Shown: positions 48,446-60,050, counted from the first letter of the stretch. The stretch: 64,000 bases of DNA from Candidatus Bathyarchaeota archaeon (GCA_018396405.1 JAGTQD010000002.1:4316-68315), one strand, 5' to 3'. Numbers and translations: made by a program. The notes: generated by a model from the sequence alone, not told the origin.

Positions 48446-48861
48446 ATGCCATTTTTATTATTATGTTGCTCAGAACCCCGTTCCTCATCTTTAACTTCCC
48501 TGAATATTGAATATATTAGGAGACTACCCCCACACTTTGGGCACGCGCCCATCTCCTTTAAAACATAGTCTCCTTTTTCAAACTCCCTCGCGGTTATGTA
48601 ATCGCAGCTCATGCATCTTATTGTAGTTATTGTTCTCTGGCTCTCAGAAAAGATGTCTTTTGGCTTTTTAATGATTTGCAGGAGAAGGTAAACTGATAAC
48701 AATATTGTGCCCAAACCCAAGGCTATACTTAAAGGATTAAATCTTCCGTAGGCTATATACTCACCTATACCCGAAAAGATTTCAACCAAGGCTACAGCTA
48801 ATATTAAAACGATAACTATTAGAAGGATTGAAATTCTACTAATTCTGCCTCTCTTATCCAT
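48442..48861 (-). CDS. Membrane protein with C-terminal cytoplasmic Zn-ribbon (unknown function)
   Basis: Two TM helices, then CMSCDY..x..CPKCGG. 139 aa. Its start lies 18 nt downstream of the upstream gene's stop. Confidence 0.5.
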   Translation of the reverse strand: MDKRGRISRISILLIVIVLILAVALVEIFSGIGEYIAYGRFNPLSIALGLGTILLSVYLLLQIIKKPKDIFSESQRTITTIRCMSCDYITAREFEKGDYVLKEMGACPKCGGSLLIYSIFREVKDEERGSEQHNNKNGI

Positions 48862-48879
48862 TAGTATCCTCCAGTTCTT

Positions 48880-50007
48880 TTATTGGGATATTCCAATAGT
48901 ATTGCCTATACCAGCAATTATGACTGTATCGCCCTCCACAGTATTTTCACGAATAATTCTCTTGATCCTCCCTATAGCCTCCTCAACCCCATCAACTATT
49001 TCCTTCCTCATGGTGGATATCACGTCCTCAATACCCTCTTTAATTAATATCGCATAAAATGGAACCCCATATTTGGTGGCGATCTCTTCAACCTTATATT
49101 TATCAACCCCCGGACCACCTATAGCTGCGCCAACACCCTCAACAACCTCACCAGTCTTCTCGCCCTCAAGCTTCTGTGCGGCGTCAATTATAATCATGAG
49201 CGCAATCCTTCCCTCTTCCTCCTCCAGAATCTGCTTTATCGCCTCACCGGGCTTTCCAACATTTCCGCCTGGCCCCTTAGCCTTTATCACGTAGGCCCTT
49301 CTACCCTCAATCTCCACCTCGCTTACAACGGTATTTGACGCTATGAGTCTCTTCGGTTTACCATACATTAATCTTGCAGCTACTAGAGCCCCAGCCCCAT
49401 CCCCTATGGGCTGACCGAGCGTAAACGCTCTTAAAGCTCTAATAAAGGCTTCTGACTCCCTCATTATCAATGGCAGAAGCATCTGGATTTGTAAAATTAT
49501 ATAGAAGCTTAAGGTTTTCTTTCCCATTAAATAATAGTGCCTTACTATTTTATAGATTTGATTTAATGCTAGGGCAGCCTCTAAAACATTCGTCAAATTA
49601 TTTATTTGTGTTTCATCAGCATTTGGCACTATTCGCTTAACTTCATCCTTAAGTTTGAATTCTCGGACATCTATTATATGCTCTAATCTTCTAATTACGC
49701 CAGTAGGGTCTAAGGTCACTGGATCGATATCTACATGCTCAAGTAGACGATCTACCCTGGTCTCCAAATCCTCTACTGGTTTACCCACCTCATTTATCGC
49801 CGAGATAGCCATTTGCCGCCCTTTATCCCTCATAACCTTAAGTTTGCGCAGGGAGCCCTCAATCTCCCTTAACATAAGTACTGTCTGTATACGTTGCCCA
49901 TAAATCCAGATAACTATGAGAGCGATTATCCAAATAAGTTGAAAGATCCATCCAGCATCCTGTGTAGCTCCCTGCGCTATACTAAATGCCAGCACTTCCA
50001 TAAACAT
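48880..50007 (-). CDS. Membrane-anchored protein of unknown function (possibly DUF1512 family)
   Basis: 375 aa with an N-terminal TM (WIFQLIWIIALIVIWIY), a long helical region and a Gly-rich C-terminal domain (KGPGGNVGKPGE..GAAIGGPGVDKY). The family name is recalled, not verified. Confidence 0.4.
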   Translation of the reverse strand: MFMEVLAFSIAQGATQDAGWIFQLIWIIALIVIWIYGQRIQTVLMLREIEGSLRKLKVMRDKGRQMAISAINEVGKPVEDLETRVDRLLEHVDIDPVTLDPTGVIRRLEHIIDVREFKLKDEVKRIVPNADETQINNLTNVLEAALALNQIYKIVRHYYLMGKKTLSFYIILQIQMLLPLIMRESEAFIRALRAFTLGQPIGDGAGALVAARLMYGKPKRLIASNTVVSEVEIEGRRAYVIKAKGPGGNVGKPGEAIKQILEEEEGRIALMIIIDAAQKLEGEKTGEVVEGVGAAIGGPGVDKYKVEEIATKYGVPFYAILIKEGIEDVISTMRKEIVDGVEEAIGRIKRIIRENTVEGDTVIIAGIGNTIGISQ

Positions 50008-50094
50008 CCATATATCAACCTTTTTGAAAATAAGAGAACATAATAATAAAATTTTAGGAAAGATCTCCCAAAAATCATTAAGACTATGCCATTT

Positions 50095-50424
50095 TCATCT
50101 CTTGTATCTTTTCTCCCTCTCCATTTTCTCCATTATATTACGCCACTCACTCTTACTTAAAGATTTTATATTTGACTTTGATTTACACTGAGAGTCATCT
50201 AATTGGCGATACTTATTTATATTTCTATAAAAGGTCTGATAATCAATTTTATTATTCTGCAAGTCTATCATATTTTGATTCAGGTATTTCTTAACCTCTG
50301 GGTCATCTGTCTTATCATAAGCTTCTGAGTATGCAAGATAAGCGGCTTGAAGCTGAAAATTTTCCGGATTTTTTAAAATGATCTTCCTATCCGGAAACCC
50401 TTCCTCCAAGTTTTTCTCACACAT
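50095..50424 (-). CDS. Hypothetical Lys/Asn-rich protein in an AT-rich patch
   Basis: 109-aa ORF with no motifs recognised. It is the only long ORF in the interval. Confidence 0.35.
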   Translation of the reverse strand: MCEKNLEEGFPDRKIILKNPENFQLQAAYLAYSEAYDKTDDPEVKKYLNQNMIDLQNNKIDYQTFYRNINKYRQLDDSQCKSKSNIKSLSKSEWRNIMEKMEREKRYKR

Positions 50425-50483
50425 ATCACTTATCTCATTTTTTCTTTTTAAAGCTAGCGCTTAAATGGCTATATTATTTTTGA

Positions 50484-51137
50484 TCATTTGGTAACCGTTA
50501 GAACCCTTATATAATCTCCTACGTCAGCACAGCTATCCGCAGCATTCTCCATATAATCAGCCAAGTCTTTTAAGATCAATAATATTGATGGGCTGATTTT
50601 GTCGCCACATTTTAGCAACATGGATTTTATCTTGATGTGATGCTTATCTATCTTATTTTCCTCCTCTTCAACCTTAATGGACATCTCCCTAGCTTTTTCA
50701 GGGCTCTCTGTGAGCAGCCTTAAGCTCTCCTTAAGTGTTAACGCGCACTTAGAGAGGTTAGATGCCATGTCCAGAAAATTCCTTAAGATATCACTAGGTA
50801 TTTCATGGTCTAAGAGAATTAGTATGCTTCTTGCGGAGTCTTTAACGAAGTCTGCCATCTGGTCTAAACGCTTAACTAGATGCATTATGTCTTCTCTATC
50901 TCTCGGCGGCAAAATGCCTCTCGTTAGCTCTTCAAAGACGGTTCTTCTAAGATAATCAATCTCCTCCTCAACCGAAAATAATCTCTCTATAATAGTTTTT
51001 GCCCCCTCTTTATCACCAGTAAAAACAGCTTTAAGCGCTCTATCAAGATCATTTACTGTATCAAGAGCTAATGTCATCTGGCGATAAGATATCTCAAGAA
51101 CCTTATCTTTCCTCCTTTTCTCAAACCACCGCTCCAT
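50484..51137 (-). CDS. DUF47 / PhoU-like helical regulator (TIGR00153-type)
   Basis: 217-aa all-helical protein. The N-terminal KDKVLEISYRQM and EEEIDYLRRTV..L patterns resemble PhoU-related DUF47 proteins. Confidence 0.55.
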   Translation of the reverse strand: MERWFEKRRKDKVLEISYRQMTLALDTVNDLDRALKAVFTGDKEGAKTIIERLFSVEEEIDYLRRTVFEELTRGILPPRDREDIMHLVKRLDQMADFVKDSARSILILLDHEIPSDILRNFLDMASNLSKCALTLKESLRLLTESPEKAREMSIKVEEEENKIDKHHIKIKSMLLKCGDKISPSILLILKDLADYMENAADSCADVGDYIRVLTVTK

Positions 51138-51189
51138 ATATATGGGCTCCTCAATTCAATATTTTAATCTTTCTTTCTTTATCTTAATC

Positions 51190-52275
51190 TTATTCAATAG
51201 ATATCGCCTTCTCTAATCCCTCTTCTGGGTAGGGGTATAGAAGAAGGAATTTTTGTGGCAGAAAAACATTTATACTATCCCCAACGCCGAGGTTAAGAAA
51301 CCTTGAAGATAAGGGCACTTTCGCAGAAATTGTGATTCCATTCTCTGCTAAAATTTCGTATCGAATTGAGTTTCCAAGAAAGAATTTGTTTTTAATCGTT
51401 CCCCTTAACGCCCCTTTAGAGCGAACTTTCTTACTCACCTGGACAAACTCAGGCCTTATGGCCACAACAACCTTTTTTGAGTTTGGGACAATCTTACATG
51501 CACTATAGAAAACACTCCCATTAATGTCTATCTTAACATAATTATTTTCTTCGCCTACCACCTCCCCTTCGAGGAAATTTGCCTCACCAACAAAATACGC
51601 CGTGAATAGATTTTTGGGGCGGAGATAGAGATCTAGGGGGGTGCCAACCTCAACTATTCTGCCAGATCTCATAACAACTATCCTATCAGCGATAGACATG
51701 GCCTCCTCCTGATCATGTGTCACATGAATTGCTGTTAGGCCAAGGTCTTTAATGAGCCTCCTAAGCTCGCCCCTCAGTACCTTTCTAACTTTAGCATCAA
51801 GAGAGCCGAGGGGCTCATCAAGCAATAGTAAATGTGAGCCTGAGATTAGGACTCTAGCAATAGCAGCCTTTTGCCTTGCTCCACCACTAAGCTCTTCTGG
51901 ATAGTTTCCAATCCTTTCGTGAAGACCCAGCATACTAATTATTTCTCCGATGAGAGCCTTAATGTTGGCGATTTTATAGCCTTTAACAAATGGTCCATAA
52001 CAAATATTGTCATAGATATTCATGTGGGGAAAGAGGGCTATCTCCTGAAAAACATAACCAATGTTTCTTTCCTCTATTGGAAGATGATTTACGCATTTAT
52101 CGCCTATATAAATCTCACCCTCATCTGGTTCAACAATACCAGCGATGCACTTTATCATGGTTGTTTTTCCGCAGCCGCTCGGCCCGATTATGCATAAATA
52201 CTCCTTGTCTTCGACTTGAAGATTAATGCCATCCAGCGCGACTACGTCACCATACCTCTTTGTCACATTAATCAA
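51190..52275 (-). CDS. ABC importer ATPase with C-terminal TOBE/MalK-like regulatory domain (PotA/CysA/FbpC type)
   Basis: GPSGCGKTT, LSGGARQKAAIARV, LLLDEPLGSLD and HVTHDQEEA. 361 aa. Confidence 0.85.
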   Translation of the reverse strand: MINVTKRYGDVVALDGINLQVEDKEYLCIIGPSGCGKTTMIKCIAGIVEPDEGEIYIGDKCVNHLPIEERNIGYVFQEIALFPHMNIYDNICYGPFVKGYKIANIKALIGEIISMLGLHERIGNYPEELSGGARQKAAIARVLISGSHLLLLDEPLGSLDAKVRKVLRGELRRLIKDLGLTAIHVTHDQEEAMSIADRIVVMRSGRIVEVGTPLDLYLRPKNLFTAYFVGEANFLEGEVVGEENNYVKIDINGSVFYSACKIVPNSKKVVVAIRPEFVQVSKKVRSKGALRGTIKNKFFLGNSIRYEILAENGITISAKVPLSSRFLNLGVGDSINVFLPQKFLLLYPYPEEGLEKAISIE

Positions 52276-52291
52276 GCGAACCTGCGGAATG

Positions 52292-53404
52292 CTACATCAC
52301 CTCTAGCTCCCTATAGAGGCCGAGCGCGGGATATGGATATACTCTTAAATCTTCAGGGCTAATTTTAAGATAGACTCTTTCACCAATACTGAATTTCCCA
52401 ATAGCGTTTATTGTTGGCATCTTAGAGTTAACCTTATCGCCATTATCTAATAGTATTGTATAGGAGATAAAGTTGCCTAGAAAGCTAGCATTTATAATGA
52501 CTCCGGGAAGGAGATTAATTTCTTCTCTCTTTTTTGTCGCCTTTAAAATCCTACTCTTCTCCTCCCTCACCATCACAACAACTCTATCGCCAACAGACCT
52601 ATCAACATTATTAGTGCGTAGGAGAAGACCATTCCTTAATTGAACCCATGAGCCATACTGATCCACATCTATTACAAATCCATCAAAAAAGTTTGATTCA
52701 CCAATAAAGTGTGCGACAAAAACGTTTTTCGGCTCATTATAAACTTGTAGTGGAGTTCCCTCCTGCTGTATTTCTCCATTCCTCAATACAATTATTCTAT
52801 CAGCGACCACCATAGTCTCCTCTTGGTCATGCGTTACATGAATAGTTGTTAAGTTATTCTCTTTCGCGATCTTTCTGAGGTTATATCTTAGCTCAACTCT
52901 AAGCCTAGCATCTAATGCGCTGAGAGGCTCATCTAAAAGCAAGATTTTAGCTCCACTTGCAAGCGCCCTGGCGAGGGCTAGGCGTTGCTGCATGCCCCCA
53001 CTTAATTCATGCGGGTAAGATCTTGCTCTCCAGGCAAGTCTCATCATCTCAAGTATCTGCATAGAAATTTTGTATGCCTCCTTAACATCAATTCCTCTTG
53101 AAAGTGGGCCGAAGGCAACGTTCTCAAGGGCTGTTAAATGGGGGAATAGAGCGTAGTATTGGGGGAGATAGGCTATATTTCTCTCATATGGCGGGACATC
53201 ATTTACAAGTTTACCATCAATATAAATTTCCCCCTTATCTGGCTTAATTATTCCAGCGATAAGTTTAAGTAATGTTGTCTTTCCGCTCCCAGTCGGCCCT
53301 AAAATACATATATATTCTCCATCATGTATAGTCATGCTTAGGTTTTTGATAGCGACGATATCACCATACCGTTTAGTAACATTCACTAGTTTTATAGTTG
53401 GCAT
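52292..53404 (-). CDS. ABC importer ATPase with C-terminal TOBE/MalK-like domain, second copy
   Basis: GPTGSGKTT, LSGGMQQRLALARA, LLLDEPLSALD and HVTHDQEET. 370 aa. Confidence 0.85.
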   Translation of the reverse strand: MPTIKLVNVTKRYGDIVAIKNLSMTIHDGEYICILGPTGSGKTTLLKLIAGIIKPDKGEIYIDGKLVNDVPPYERNIAYLPQYYALFPHLTALENVAFGPLSRGIDVKEAYKISMQILEMMRLAWRARSYPHELSGGMQQRLALARALASGAKILLLDEPLSALDARLRVELRYNLRKIAKENNLTTIHVTHDQEETMVVADRIIVLRNGEIQQEGTPLQVYNEPKNVFVAHFIGESNFFDGFVIDVDQYGSWVQLRNGLLLRTNNVDRSVGDRVVVMVREEKSRILKATKKREEINLLPGVIINASFLGNFISYTILLDNGDKVNSKMPTINAIGKFSIGERVYLKISPEDLRVYPYPALGLYRELEVM

Positions 53405-53407
53405 AGG

Positions 53408-55096
53408 TTACCTTCTCCTTCTCTCCACCAGCCTTAGGGCTAAAAGAATTATAAATGAAGAAATCATGTAAAGTCCAGCGCCAAGAGCCTTCTGAGCATC
53501 CGCCACCTCTACATCCTTAATCCAGCTGACAAGTAGGATCGGAAGAGTCCAAAACTCCCGTGATCTTGCAACAGCCTTAGCAGCCCCTGTTTCGCCTAAT
53601 GCTCTTGTAAAGACTAGAATGGCTCCTGAAAGAACCGAGTATTTTGTGAGTGGAAAGATTATTCTCCGAAAGACCGTAAAGGGTTTGGCGCCAAGAGTGC
53701 TAGCAACGTCTTCGATCTCTTGAGGAATGCTCTCTATTGCCGCCGCCATAGATGCTACAAAATAAGTATATGTTATGGTCGTGTGGGATAAGAGGAGAAC
53801 CCAGAAGTCATGTAATGAGGCATACTTCTCCCAAAAGAGTCTTAGGGATATTCCAAGGGCGATTGAGGGAACAATTATCGGGATGTTAACTATAGCCCTT
53901 AGGATTGAAGATACCACACCCATTTTTCTTCTTGCAATAATTATGGCCATCGGTAACCCAAAAATAATGTTTAGTAACGTTGCTAATGAGCCTATCATAT
54001 AGGATATAATCATGCTGCGCCAATAATCTCCCCATGAACTAGAACTAAAGATTGTGGGATTTGAACTTCCGCTAATAATGGCTTTAAACATTGGGAAGAC
54101 TAGAAAGATTGATGGAAGGATAACAATTAATAGGAAGATTAAAAGAGACGAAGTGTTACGAAATCTAACCGCTTTTGGAGAGCTTAGTCTCCTCTCAAGG
54201 GATGGAAAAACCCGCTTTATCGGGAACCTTATCTTAGGGGCTAGCAAACTTATTAAGAAGAATATTACTATTGACACCAGTATCAGCATTAAACTCACGT
54301 ATACTAACATCCCATTCTTAACATCGCTTGAAATCTCTCTCTCAGACATCTCCATAAGCCTGAAAAGAAAAACTGGTCCATTCTCCCAAGAGCCAGCAAC
54401 CATTACTGTCGCCCCTGTCTCTGAGAGAGAGCGGGCGAACGCCAAGAGGTATGAGACTATTATGCCCGGCTTAAGCAGTGGCAAAGTTATCGTTCTGACC
54501 GCCGTCAATGGCCGTGCGCCAAGTGTTCTGGCAGCAACCTCATAAACCTCTCTATAATTAAGTAATTCTCCAACCATAACTCTAACTATTACTGGATATG
54601 AGAAGACGAAGTGGAGTAGGAGGACTAGCGGGAAGCCTGGTGGAACCAATGAGTCAACCCCGAAGAGTGACGGTAATCCGCCGCTACTGCTCCAAAAGAG
54701 GAATAACGAGTATCCTAATGCTGCTGTTGGCATTAGGAAAGGTATGTCTACAAGGGTGTCTATAAAGTGCGCGGCTCTGCTTCTTGATCTAACTATAAAC
54801 CATGCTAGAGGTAGGGCGGCTGCTAAGTCCAGAGCTGAGACTATGAATGCCGTAATAAATGACTGAAGTATGGCATTATTTGCTCTGCTCATTAATAGTG
54901 GCTCATGCATCACCTCATAAATATACCCAAAATTCTCAATGATGCCTACAAGTGGTGGAAGCAAAATAAACGTGAAAAAGAAGATTAGTGAAAGAGTATA
55001 TGTAAAGAGCTTTACCGATCCCTTAGATGAAAGTTCGTCAAGTTTTTTGACCAATGGGCTACTCTTTCCAGCCTTTAATCTTCCTTCCAACACCAT
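53408..55096 (-). CDS. Fused double-domain ABC importer permease (FbpB/ThiP-like)
   Basis: 562 aa, ~12 TM segments. Two EAA-type loops: ARSLSETGATVMVAG and TRALGETGAAKAVAR. Confidence 0.8.
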   Translation of the reverse strand: MVLEGRLKAGKSSPLVKKLDELSSKGSVKLFTYTLSLIFFFTFILLPPLVGIIENFGYIYEVMHEPLLMSRANNAILQSFITAFIVSALDLAAALPLAWFIVRSRSRAAHFIDTLVDIPFLMPTAALGYSLFLFWSSSGGLPSLFGVDSLVPPGFPLVLLLHFVFSYPVIVRVMVGELLNYREVYEVAARTLGARPLTAVRTITLPLLKPGIIVSYLLAFARSLSETGATVMVAGSWENGPVFLFRLMEMSEREISSDVKNGMLVYVSLMLILVSIVIFFLISLLAPKIRFPIKRVFPSLERRLSSPKAVRFRNTSSLLIFLLIVILPSIFLVFPMFKAIISGSSNPTIFSSSSWGDYWRSMIISYMIGSLATLLNIIFGLPMAIIIARRKMGVVSSILRAIVNIPIIVPSIALGISLRLFWEKYASLHDFWVLLLSHTTITYTYFVASMAAAIESIPQEIEDVASTLGAKPFTVFRRIIFPLTKYSVLSGAILVFTRALGETGAAKAVARSREFWTLPILLVSWIKDVEVADAQKALGAGLYMISSFIILLALRLVERRRR

Positions 55097-55291
55097 TATA
55101 CTTCCGAGATCTACTTTTTAATTATCTAGAGTTTTCCTCCATTATATATTTGTCATACATTTTCCGATGCTTAAAGCTTTTTAATGGGCTTTTTGGAGAA
55201 CCATAATTAAATTTTATGTCTGGTCGTCTGAAGAAACTTATAGAAATGGTTGCACCAGTAAATTTGAGAAGAGACTTGAGTCTCAGGGAGA

Positions 55292-55963
55292 GTGGGTTTG
55301 AGGCCAGAATCCTATTTGAGTGAGGAGTATGGAACATTCTCAATGGTTGCAAGGTGCCCAGAGACCTTAGCCTTAGGCGTCTGTGTAGCCTCTGGATCGC
55401 TTGCTGTTGGAAGCGTTGTCCCCCATATAGAGCCGGGTGTTGGGGCGTTGGCTGTTCAGGGATACACGAACTTCTTTCATGGAGTTAATGGGCTACGGCT
55501 CCTGCGCGAGGGGCGCTCACCACAAGAAATTGTGGAAATATTGTTAAGGGAGGATAGTTTAAGAGAGAAGAGGCAGATAATAATCATTGACTCGTTTGGT
55601 CGAAGGACCGCATTTACTGGAAGAGAGACACCTGAATGGAGCGGTCATGTTATCGGTGAGAATTATGTTGCCGCTGGCAATCTATTAAGGTCAAGCCGAG
55701 TCCTAGAGGAAATGGTAATTGCGTTCGAGGAGAGTAGGGGCGAGTGGCTTGCCGAGAGACTTATGAGGGCGTTAGAGGCTGGGGAGAGTGCTGGGGGAGA
55801 TAGGAGAGGCAGCCGCTCCTCCGCCCTAATGGTTGCTGAGAGGAAACCGATACATGAATCGCGCCCCATAATAAGCTTGAGGGTCGACTTACATAAGGAG
55901 CCCGTTAAGGAGTTACGCAGAATATTTGAGTCTTATAAGGATTGGCTAGGGTTGTTTCGTTGA
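55292..55963 (+). CDS. DUF1028 family (Ntn-hydrolase-fold) protein
   Basis: GTFSMVARCPETLALGVCVASGSLAVGSVVPH matches the MTFSIVARDP..GVAV.S start typical of DUF1028. The start is uncertain (GTG 55292, TTG 55298 or TTG 55316). Confidence 0.7.
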   Translation: MGLRPESYLSEEYGTFSMVARCPETLALGVCVASGSLAVGSVVPHIEPGVGALAVQGYTNFFHGVNGLRLLREGRSPQEIVEILLREDSLREKRQIIIIDSFGRRTAFTGRETPEWSGHVIGENYVAAGNLLRSSRVLEEMVIAFEESRGEWLAERLMRALEAGESAGGDRRGSRSSALMVAERKPIHESRPIISLRVDLHKEPVKELRRIFESYKDWLGLFR

Positions 55964-55985
55964 CACATCTTGCCACCAATGTTTT

Positions 55986-57068
55986 TTATCTTTCCCGCTT
56001 CCCCTCTATAAACTCTTCAAACCACTTCTTTGCAACAGGGTCCTCTACCTGAACGGGCGGGTGCTTGAAAGCATATGCTGAGACGCTGATTAAGGGTCCA
56101 GCTATACCTCTATCTAGGGCTATCTTGGTTGCCCTTATAACATCAATAACTATGCCAGCGCTGTTAGGCGAATCGAAGACCTCTAGGGTAACCCATACTC
56201 TCACTGGCTGGTCACCGAAATTCCTGCCTTTAACATAAATGTAGCACACTTTCTTATTTCCTAAAAATGGTATATAATCTGATGGACCAATTTTAACTGG
56301 GAAATCATATGGAACTAGGCTTGTGACAGCTTCCGTCTTACTTATACGCTTAGATTTCAGTCTCTCCTCCATAGTCATGTTTTGGAAATCTGTGTCTCCT
56401 CCAATATTAAGCTGGTAAGTTTCATCTATCTTGACTCCTCTCTCAACAAATAATCTGACGATTTCTCTGTGCAGTATTGTTGCGCCTATCTGGCTCTTTA
56501 TATCGTCGCCGGCAACTGGTAATCCAGCTTTTTCGAACTTCGTGATCCATTCTTTATCGCTAGCAATGAACTCTGGGATGCAGTTGATGAAGGCGCATCC
56601 AGCTTCTATAGCTGCCTGCGCATAGAATCTTGTAGCCTCATAGCTCCCAACTGGCATATAGTTAACGAGGACATCGGCCTTACTCTTCCTAAGGATGTCA
56701 GCGACATCAACTGGCTTAATCTTCTCTATAGAATACACTTTAAAGGCTTCTCTCATATGTGGCCCTACGCCATCTAATATCGGTGCTGGCAGAACCTTAA
56801 CTCCAAGATTTGGGAGGGAGTCGACGAATCTTGGACAGCAATTTGGTTCGACGAAAATTGCCTCGCTGAGATCTCTACCAATCTTTAATTCATTTACATC
56901 GAAGGCGGCAACAAACTTTATGTCCCTGACATGGTATCCGCCGAGATTAACATGCGCCAGTCCAGGGATAAAGTCTGTCTCCTTCGCATCCCTATAATAA
57001 TATACGCCCTGGACTAAAGCAGAGGCACTATTACCCACACCCGCAATTGCAACTCTGATCTCAGCCAA
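55986..57068 (-). CDS. myo-Inositol-1-phosphate synthase (archaeal short type)
   Basis: IRVAIAGVGNSASALVQGVYYY NAD-binding N-terminus and GDDIKSQIGATILHR. 360 aa. Confidence 0.8.
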   Translation of the reverse strand: MAEIRVAIAGVGNSASALVQGVYYYRDAKETDFIPGLAHVNLGGYHVRDIKFVAAFDVNELKIGRDLSEAIFVEPNCCPRFVDSLPNLGVKVLPAPILDGVGPHMREAFKVYSIEKIKPVDVADILRKSKADVLVNYMPVGSYEATRFYAQAAIEAGCAFINCIPEFIASDKEWITKFEKAGLPVAGDDIKSQIGATILHREIVRLFVERGVKIDETYQLNIGGDTDFQNMTMEERLKSKRISKTEAVTSLVPYDFPVKIGPSDYIPFLGNKKVCYIYVKGRNFGDQPVRVWVTLEVFDSPNSAGIVIDVIRATKIALDRGIAGPLISVSAYAFKHPPVQVEDPVAKKWFEEFIEGKRER

Positions 57069-57170
57069 AAGCCACAGCCACCCTCCTTTTTCTTACCGAC
57101 CTATTTATATCCAAATCCAAAAAGTTTATAAGATTTTCTTCATCCATCAAACAATATTAATTAATAATGC

Positions 57171-57614
57171 ATGTCTCTATATGAGATATGTATGAGTGAG
57201 GAAGAATTAGAAAAGCTGAGAAGGAGAAAACTTGAGGAGCTTATGCGGGATATGCAGAAGAAAAGGGAAGTGAAAAATGCCCCTATCAGCGAACCGATTA
57301 AGGTTACAGATTCAAACTTCAATGAGGTTATAAGAAGTAGTAGTCTTGTCGTCATCGACTTCTGGGCTCCCTGGTGCGCGCCATGTAGAATGATGATCCC
57401 AATAGTGGATGAATTAGCCAGGGAGTATGCTGGCAAAATTCTCTTTGGGAAGCTAAATGTTGATGAGAACCAGAGGGTGCCAGCGGAATATCAGATAATG
57501 GGTATACCGACTTTCCTAATCTTTAAGGATGGAGCCCTAGTTGAGAGACTTGTCGGTGCAATCCCAAAAAATGTGTTTAAGCAGAAGCTTGACAAATATA
57601 TAAGGGAAGACTGA
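57171..57614 (+). CDS. trx: Thioredoxin (CAPC active site) with charged N-terminal extension
   Basis: VIDFWAPWCAPCRMM, GIPTFLIF, and an N-terminal ~35-aa EEELEKLRRRKLEELMRDMQKKRE helix. Confidence 0.85.
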   Translation: MSLYEICMSEEELEKLRRRKLEELMRDMQKKREVKNAPISEPIKVTDSNFNEVIRSSSLVVIDFWAPWCAPCRMMIPIVDELAREYAGKILFGKLNVDENQRVPAEYQIMGIPTFLIFKDGALVERLVGAIPKNVFKQKLDKYIRED

Positions 57615-57690
57615 AGGTTTTGGGAAATTAGGTCAGCGAAGTAGTGTGCGGAGGGAAGACAAATATTTTAGGCTTATATGGGAATCATAG

Positions 57691-59904
<2,214 letters not shown>

Positions 59905-59960
59905 AGTAAAATAACATAAAAAATATAAAAATTTCAAAAAATATTCATAGAAGTTAGGGA

Positions 59961-60050
59961 GCCTCGGTGGCCTAGGCTGGTTAGGGCACCGCCTTGGTAA
60001 AAGTTCCAGAAAGGCGGGGGTCGCGGGTTCAAGTCCCGCCCGAGGCTCCA
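59961..60050 (+). tRNA. tRNA-Thr (anticodon GGU) with a ~12-nt intron 3' of position 37; CCA encoded
   Basis: Hand-folded structure. Acceptor GCCTCGG/CCGAGGC. D arm GCCT-AGGCTGGTTA-GGGC. Anticodon stem CCGCC/GGCGG with loop TTGGTA|A. T arm GCGGG-TTCAAGT-CCCGC. Discriminator T plus CCA. Insert at 60000-60011. Confidence 0.85.

Noticed and set aside
55122-55352. 76-aa minus ORF, and a 35-codon plus ORF (55216-55323), in the spacer upstream of the ABC permease
   Set aside because: Neither has motifs. Both overlap the probable promoter/5' region of the DUF1028 gene, and their composition is not convincing. I considered whether the interval could hide the missing substrate-binding protein, but it is far too short.
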